Positions 43,695-47,204 of a stretch of 47,204 nucleotides of DNA are shown one piece after another (position 1 is the stretch's first letter; each line of letters opens with the position of its first letter). The DNA is from Gemmatimonadota bacterium (GTDB taxonomy: Bacteria; Gemmatimonadota; Gemmatimonadetes; Palauibacterales; Palauibacteraceae): contig JAOTZH010000002.1 of NCBI GenBank assembly GCA_029861425.1, forward strand, positions 1 through 47,204, read 5' to 3'. A model generated the notes under the pieces. The model had not been told where the DNA came from, searched no databases, and saw nothing but the letters and a program-made list of their open reading frames with translations. Made by a program: the position numbers and the translations under genes.

Positions 43695-43868
43695 ATTCCC
43701 TCTCCAGTCGGTTGTTTCCGGCATCCAACGGAAACGTAATCGCCGCTCCAGGCTGCTGCCACCAGCCCCTGTTCAGGACGTGGCGTTTCCCCGAGCTTGG
43801 GAGCGCCAGGCACCTGAAACCGGTCAACCGCGGCTGGCTGACGGGCACCGACACCGATCTGCGAGACC

Positions 43869-44756
43869 ATGGCTTACTCGATAGAAGACCTCGTCCACCT
43901 GCTCGAGCTCGAGCCCCTCGAACGGAACATCTACCGCGGGCGAAACCGCGACATCGGTTCCGGGCGGATCTTCGGCGGCCAGGTGCTGGCGCAATCCCTG
44001 GTCGCGGCCCGTCGCACCGTCGAGGAGGAGGACCGCGCGGTCCACTCGATGCACGGCTACTTCATCCTGTCGGGCGATCTCGAGACGCCGGTGGTCTACT
44101 TCGTCGATCGCCTGCGTGATGGCCGGAGCTTCGCGACCCGGCGCGTGACCGGGATCCAGCACGGGAACGCGATCTTCAACATGTCGGCCTCCTTCCACCG
44201 GACGGAGGATGGTTTCTCACACCAGGCGGAGATGCCTGATGTGCCGGGCCCGGAGGGTCTGCCGTCCGAGCTCGAGATGATCCGGGAACGGGCGGAGCTG
44301 ATTCCGGAGAAGCTCCGACCCGTCCTCACGCAGGACCGACCCCTCGATGCCCGCCCGGTCGAGCCACGGGATCCGTTCGACCCCGAGCCCAGCGAGCCTG
44401 TGAGGAACACATGGGTCCGGACGGTCGGCCAGCTGGCCGACGATCCCCTCCATCACCAGGCGGTGCTCGCGTACACGTCGGACTACTGGTTGCTCGGAGC
44501 CGCGCTGCAGCCGCACGGCCGGTCGTTCCGCGAGCCGGGCATCATGGCGGCGTCTCTCGACCACTCGATCTGGTTCCACCGGCCCTTCCGAATCGACGAC
44601 TGGCTTCTCTATTCCGTCGACAGCCCGATCGCGTGCGGCGCGCGTGGGTTCGCGCGCGGTCAGTTCTTCACCCGCGACGGCGTGCTCGTCGCATCGGTGG
44701 CTCAGGAGGGGGTGCTCCGGTTTCCACCGAAACGCGAAATGGAGGGTGACGAATGA
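43869..44756 (+). CDS. tesB: Acyl-CoA thioesterase II
   Basis: N-terminus LVHLLELEPLERNIYRGRNRDIGSGRIFGGQVLAQSLVAA parallels E. coli TesB, with a double hot-dog length of 295 aa. Confidence 0.85.
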   Translation: MAYSIEDLVHLLELEPLERNIYRGRNRDIGSGRIFGGQVLAQSLVAARRTVEEEDRAVHSMHGYFILSGDLETPVVYFVDRLRDGRSFATRRVTGIQHGNAIFNMSASFHRTEDGFSHQAEMPDVPGPEGLPSELEMIRERAELIPEKLRPVLTQDRPLDARPVEPRDPFDPEPSEPVRNTWVRTVGQLADDPLHHQAVLAYTSDYWLLGAALQPHGRSFREPGIMAASLDHSIWFHRPFRIDDWLLYSVDSPIACGARGFARGQFFTRDGVLVASVAQEGVLRFPPKREMEGDE

Positions 44757-46468
44757 GGACTGCACGCCCGGCTTTCGCGCTCGCCTTCCTGCTGGTCGGT
44801 GCCTGTGCTTCACCGGAAGCGGACGACCCCAGCGCGACGTCCTACGATGTCGTCGAGGCGACGATCCCCGATCTGCAGGCGGCGATGGAGAGCGGGGCCC
44901 TCACGGCCCGCCAGCTCGTCGAAGCCTATCTCGCGCGCATGGACCGCCACGAGGATCGACTGAACGCGGCGATCACGATCAACGCCAGGGCGCTGGCGGA
45001 GGCCGACGAGCTCGATGCGGAGCGCGCGGCCGGCCGCGTGCGAGGGCCCCTGCACGGGATCCCCATCGCCCTCAAGGACAACATTCAAACCACGCATATC
45101 CCGACGACGTACGGCGCCCTGGCCTTCCACGACTACATCCCTCCGTACGAGGCGACGCTGACGGCAAACCTCCGGGAGGCCGGGGCGATCATCATCGCCA
45201 AGGCCGGGCTGACGGAGTTCGCCAACTGGATGGCGGGCGCGCCGAACCCGATGCCGGGCAACTACACGGCCGTCGCGGGCTACGGGTACAATCCGTACGA
45301 CCCGCGGGCGGACCCGCGCGACGGATTCGATGACGGCCGGCCGGCGCTCTCGACGGGGGGTTCGAGCTCGGGGATCGGAACCGCGGCGAGCTTCTGGGCG
45401 GCGAACGTGGGGACGGACACGGGCGGCTCGATCATCAGCCCGTCGAACGCCAACATGCTGGTCGGCATTCGGCCTACGCTCGCGCGGGTGAGTCGATGGG
45501 GGATCGCACCCGTGACCCTCGACCACGACATGGCCGGGCCCATGGCGAGGACCGTGACCGACGCGGCGATCCTGCTCGGTGTGCTCGAAGGCGCGTCGCC
45601 GGACCCGAACGACCCGGCCACGTCGGTCTGCACCGCGCCCCCCGGGGGCGACTACACGCCGCACCTCGACGCGGACGGACTGCGAGGAGCGCGAATCGGG
45701 ATCCCCCGGGCGTTCTATTACGACCCAGTCACGCTGGACGGCGATGACCGGCCGCGAGGCGGACTCACGGACCAGCAGGCGGCGCTCATGGCCGAAGCGA
45801 TCGTGGTCCTCGCCGAGGCGGGCGCCACGATCGTCGACCCGGCCGACGTCCCGAGCTTCGTGAACCCGAACCCGGACGACAACTTCAACGCCTGGCCGCT
45901 GTGCGTGAGCGGGAGTCAGGACCGGGCCGGTGACGCCGGATGTACCGTGAACTTCAAATACGGTGCGAAGCGGGATTTCAACGCGTGGCTGGCGACGCTC
46001 GGCGACGGAGCTCCGGTGAAGACGCTGACGGAGCTCCGCCAGTGGAATACCGAGCATGCGGACGATGGCGCGATGAAGTACGGGCAATCGCGGTTCGACA
46101 TCTCCGACGAGATGGATCTCGAGCGAGACCGCGCGCGCAACGATGCGGACATGGCCAAGGACGCCCGACTGAGCCGGACCGAGGGGATCGACGCCGTGCT
46201 CGTAGAGCATGACCTGGACGCGATCCTCACGCCCGGGTCGCGCGGTGCCGGGCTCGCGGCACGCGCGCAGGTTCCACACATCGTGGTGCCGTTCGGGTTC
46301 GCGTCGAACGACCCCGACCCGGGCTTCCCCGAGGGCTTCGATGCGCGGCCCGCCCCCTTCGGAGTCGGCTTCACGGCATCCGCCTGCAGCGAGCCCCGTC
46401 TTATCGAGTTGGCGTTCGCGTTCGAGCAGGCAAGCCGGAGACGCGTACCACCACCGGACCTCCCGTAA
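44753..46468 (+). CDS. Amidase-signature family amidase, lipoprotein
   Basis: ATGA overlap with the tesB stop. Lipobox FLLVGAC-ASP. GPLHGIPIALKDNIQT (catalytic Lys) and GGSSSGIGTAASFWAANVGTDTGGSIISPS (AS signature). Confidence 0.85.
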   Translation: MRTARPAFALAFLLVGACASPEADDPSATSYDVVEATIPDLQAAMESGALTARQLVEAYLARMDRHEDRLNAAITINARALAEADELDAERAAGRVRGPLHGIPIALKDNIQTTHIPTTYGALAFHDYIPPYEATLTANLREAGAIIIAKAGLTEFANWMAGAPNPMPGNYTAVAGYGYNPYDPRADPRDGFDDGRPALSTGGSSSGIGTAASFWAANVGTDTGGSIISPSNANMLVGIRPTLARVSRWGIAPVTLDHDMAGPMARTVTDAAILLGVLEGASPDPNDPATSVCTAPPGGDYTPHLDADGLRGARIGIPRAFYYDPVTLDGDDRPRGGLTDQQAALMAEAIVVLAEAGATIVDPADVPSFVNPNPDDNFNAWPLCVSGSQDRAGDAGCTVNFKYGAKRDFNAWLATLGDGAPVKTLTELRQWNTEHADDGAMKYGQSRFDISDEMDLERDRARNDADMAKDARLSRTEGIDAVLVEHDLDAILTPGSRGAGLAARAQVPHIVVPFGFASNDPDPGFPEGFDARPAPFGVGFTASACSEPRLIELAFAFEQASRRRVPPPDLP

Positions 46469-46501
46469 CGGTCCGGCGACGCAAGAGAAACGGGGTCAGG
46501 C

Positions 46502-47204
46502 ATGATCGAGGTGGAAGGGCTCACGTATTCCTACCCGAACGGCGAACACCCCGCCGTGCGAGACCTTTCGTTCAGCATCGAACAGGGCGAGGTATTCGGC
46601 TTCCTCGGCCCGAGCGGCGCCGGCAAGAGCACGACCCAGAACATCCTGATCGGGCTTCTCAAGGGCTTCGAGGGGAATGTGAAGGTCATGGACCGTTCGC
46701 TCGTTGACTGGGGAGCGGAGTACTTCGAGGAGATCGGCGTGTCGTTCGAAGCACCGAACCACTTCGCGAAGCTAACGGCGAGAGAAAACCTGTCTTTCTT
46801 CGGGTCGCTCTACGAGGGAGAGGGCGAGGACCCCGGGAGTCTCCTCGAGATGGTCGCGCTCGACGGGGACGCCGACGTGCGCGTCTCGCAGTTCTCGAAG
46901 GGGATGAAGCACCGCCTCAACTTCGCTCGGAGTCTCTTGAACAGGCCGCGCCTGTGGTTCCTCGACGAGCCCACCGCCGGGCTCGACCCCATCAACGGGC
47001 GGAGGGTGCGGGACATCGTGAGGGAACAGCAGGGGCGTGGCGTCACGACCTTCCTCACGACGCACGACATGGCGGTCGCGGACGAGCTGTGCGATCGCGT
47101 GGGTTTCATCGTCGACGGGCGGGTCGAGACCGTCGACACGCCCCGTGCCCTCAAGCTCGAGCACGGGACGCGGTCGCTCCGGGTCGAGTTCGATGACGAG
47201 GACG
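46502..47204 (+). CDS. ABC transporter ATP-binding protein, C-terminally truncated by the window edge
   Basis: Absent from the ORF track (open at the edge). My own translation from ATG 46502 gives MIEVEGLTYSYPNGEHPAVRDLSFSIEQGEVFGFLGPSGAGKSTT (Walker A) ... FSKGMKHRL (signature variant) ... LWFLDEPTAGLD (Walker B) ... TTHDM (H-loop). Confidence 0.8.
   Translation, partial: MIEVEGLTYSYPNGEHPAVRDLSFSIEQGEVFGFLGPSGAGKSTTQNILIGLLKGFEGNVKVMDRSLVDWGAEYFEEIGVSFEAPNHFAKLTARENLSFFGSLYEGEGEDPGSLLEMVALDGDADVRVSQFSKGMKHRLNFARSLLNRPRLWFLDEPTAGLDPINGRRVRDIVREQQGRGVTTFLTTHDMAVADELCDRVGFIVDGRVETVDTPRALKLEHGTRSLRVEFDDED

Noticed and set aside
1-47204. Searched for CRISPR repeats, rRNA or tRNA genes, transposases, integrases, phage genes and long direct or inverted repeats.
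   Set aside because: None seen by eye. Intergenic regions are short (mostly under 250 bp) and contain no periodic repeats. A computational repeat, tRNA and Rfam scan would be needed to exclude small elements.

Overview
Very GC-rich bacterial chromosomal segment, densely packed with about 39 protein-coding genes. By eye I found no rRNA, tRNA, CRISPR array, transposase, integrase or prophage genes. The gene content (DUF1592/DUF1552 pair, 6-bladed beta-propeller lipoprotein, many exported peptidases) suggests a Gemmatimonadota- or Planctomycetota-like heterotroph, but that is only an inference.

Left to right:
- a tetR - outer-membrane factor - adaptor efflux operon (adaptor cut by the window edge)
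- maf - ggt - a GCS2-type ligase fused to CBS domains
- a form II-like coxSLM molybdoenzyme
- four genes of unknown function, including a zinc-ribbon protein and an orphan GroES-like gene
- typA
- a beta-propeller lipoprotein, an exported DinB-like protein, a Tat-signal alanine-racemase homologue and two small unknown genes
- a long minus-strand block (21.2-42.9 kb)
- a SYLF protein, tesB, an exported amidase, and the start of an ABC ATPase (cut by the right edge)

The minus-strand block contains a serine-hydrolase/DUF4091 fusion lipoprotein, crotonase, leuB, an SDR, an SSS symporter, a DmpA-like peptidase, an aldo-keto-reductase/RidA fusion with an APC permease, and a 2OG oxygenase with a CPG2-like peptidase. 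It ends with a DUF1592 (two CxxCH) - DUF1552 (HxxSHH) - secreted ankyrin - cutC operon.

The best candidates for undescribed biology are that last four-gene operon, the unknown cluster at 11.2-14.7 kb, and the unusual domain fusions.

Many adjacent genes share 1-4 nt start/stop overlaps (GTGA, ATGA, TGATG). I used these to trim the over-long ORFs in the track. All start coordinates were derived by hand. Functions rest on motif recognition only, since no searches could be run.
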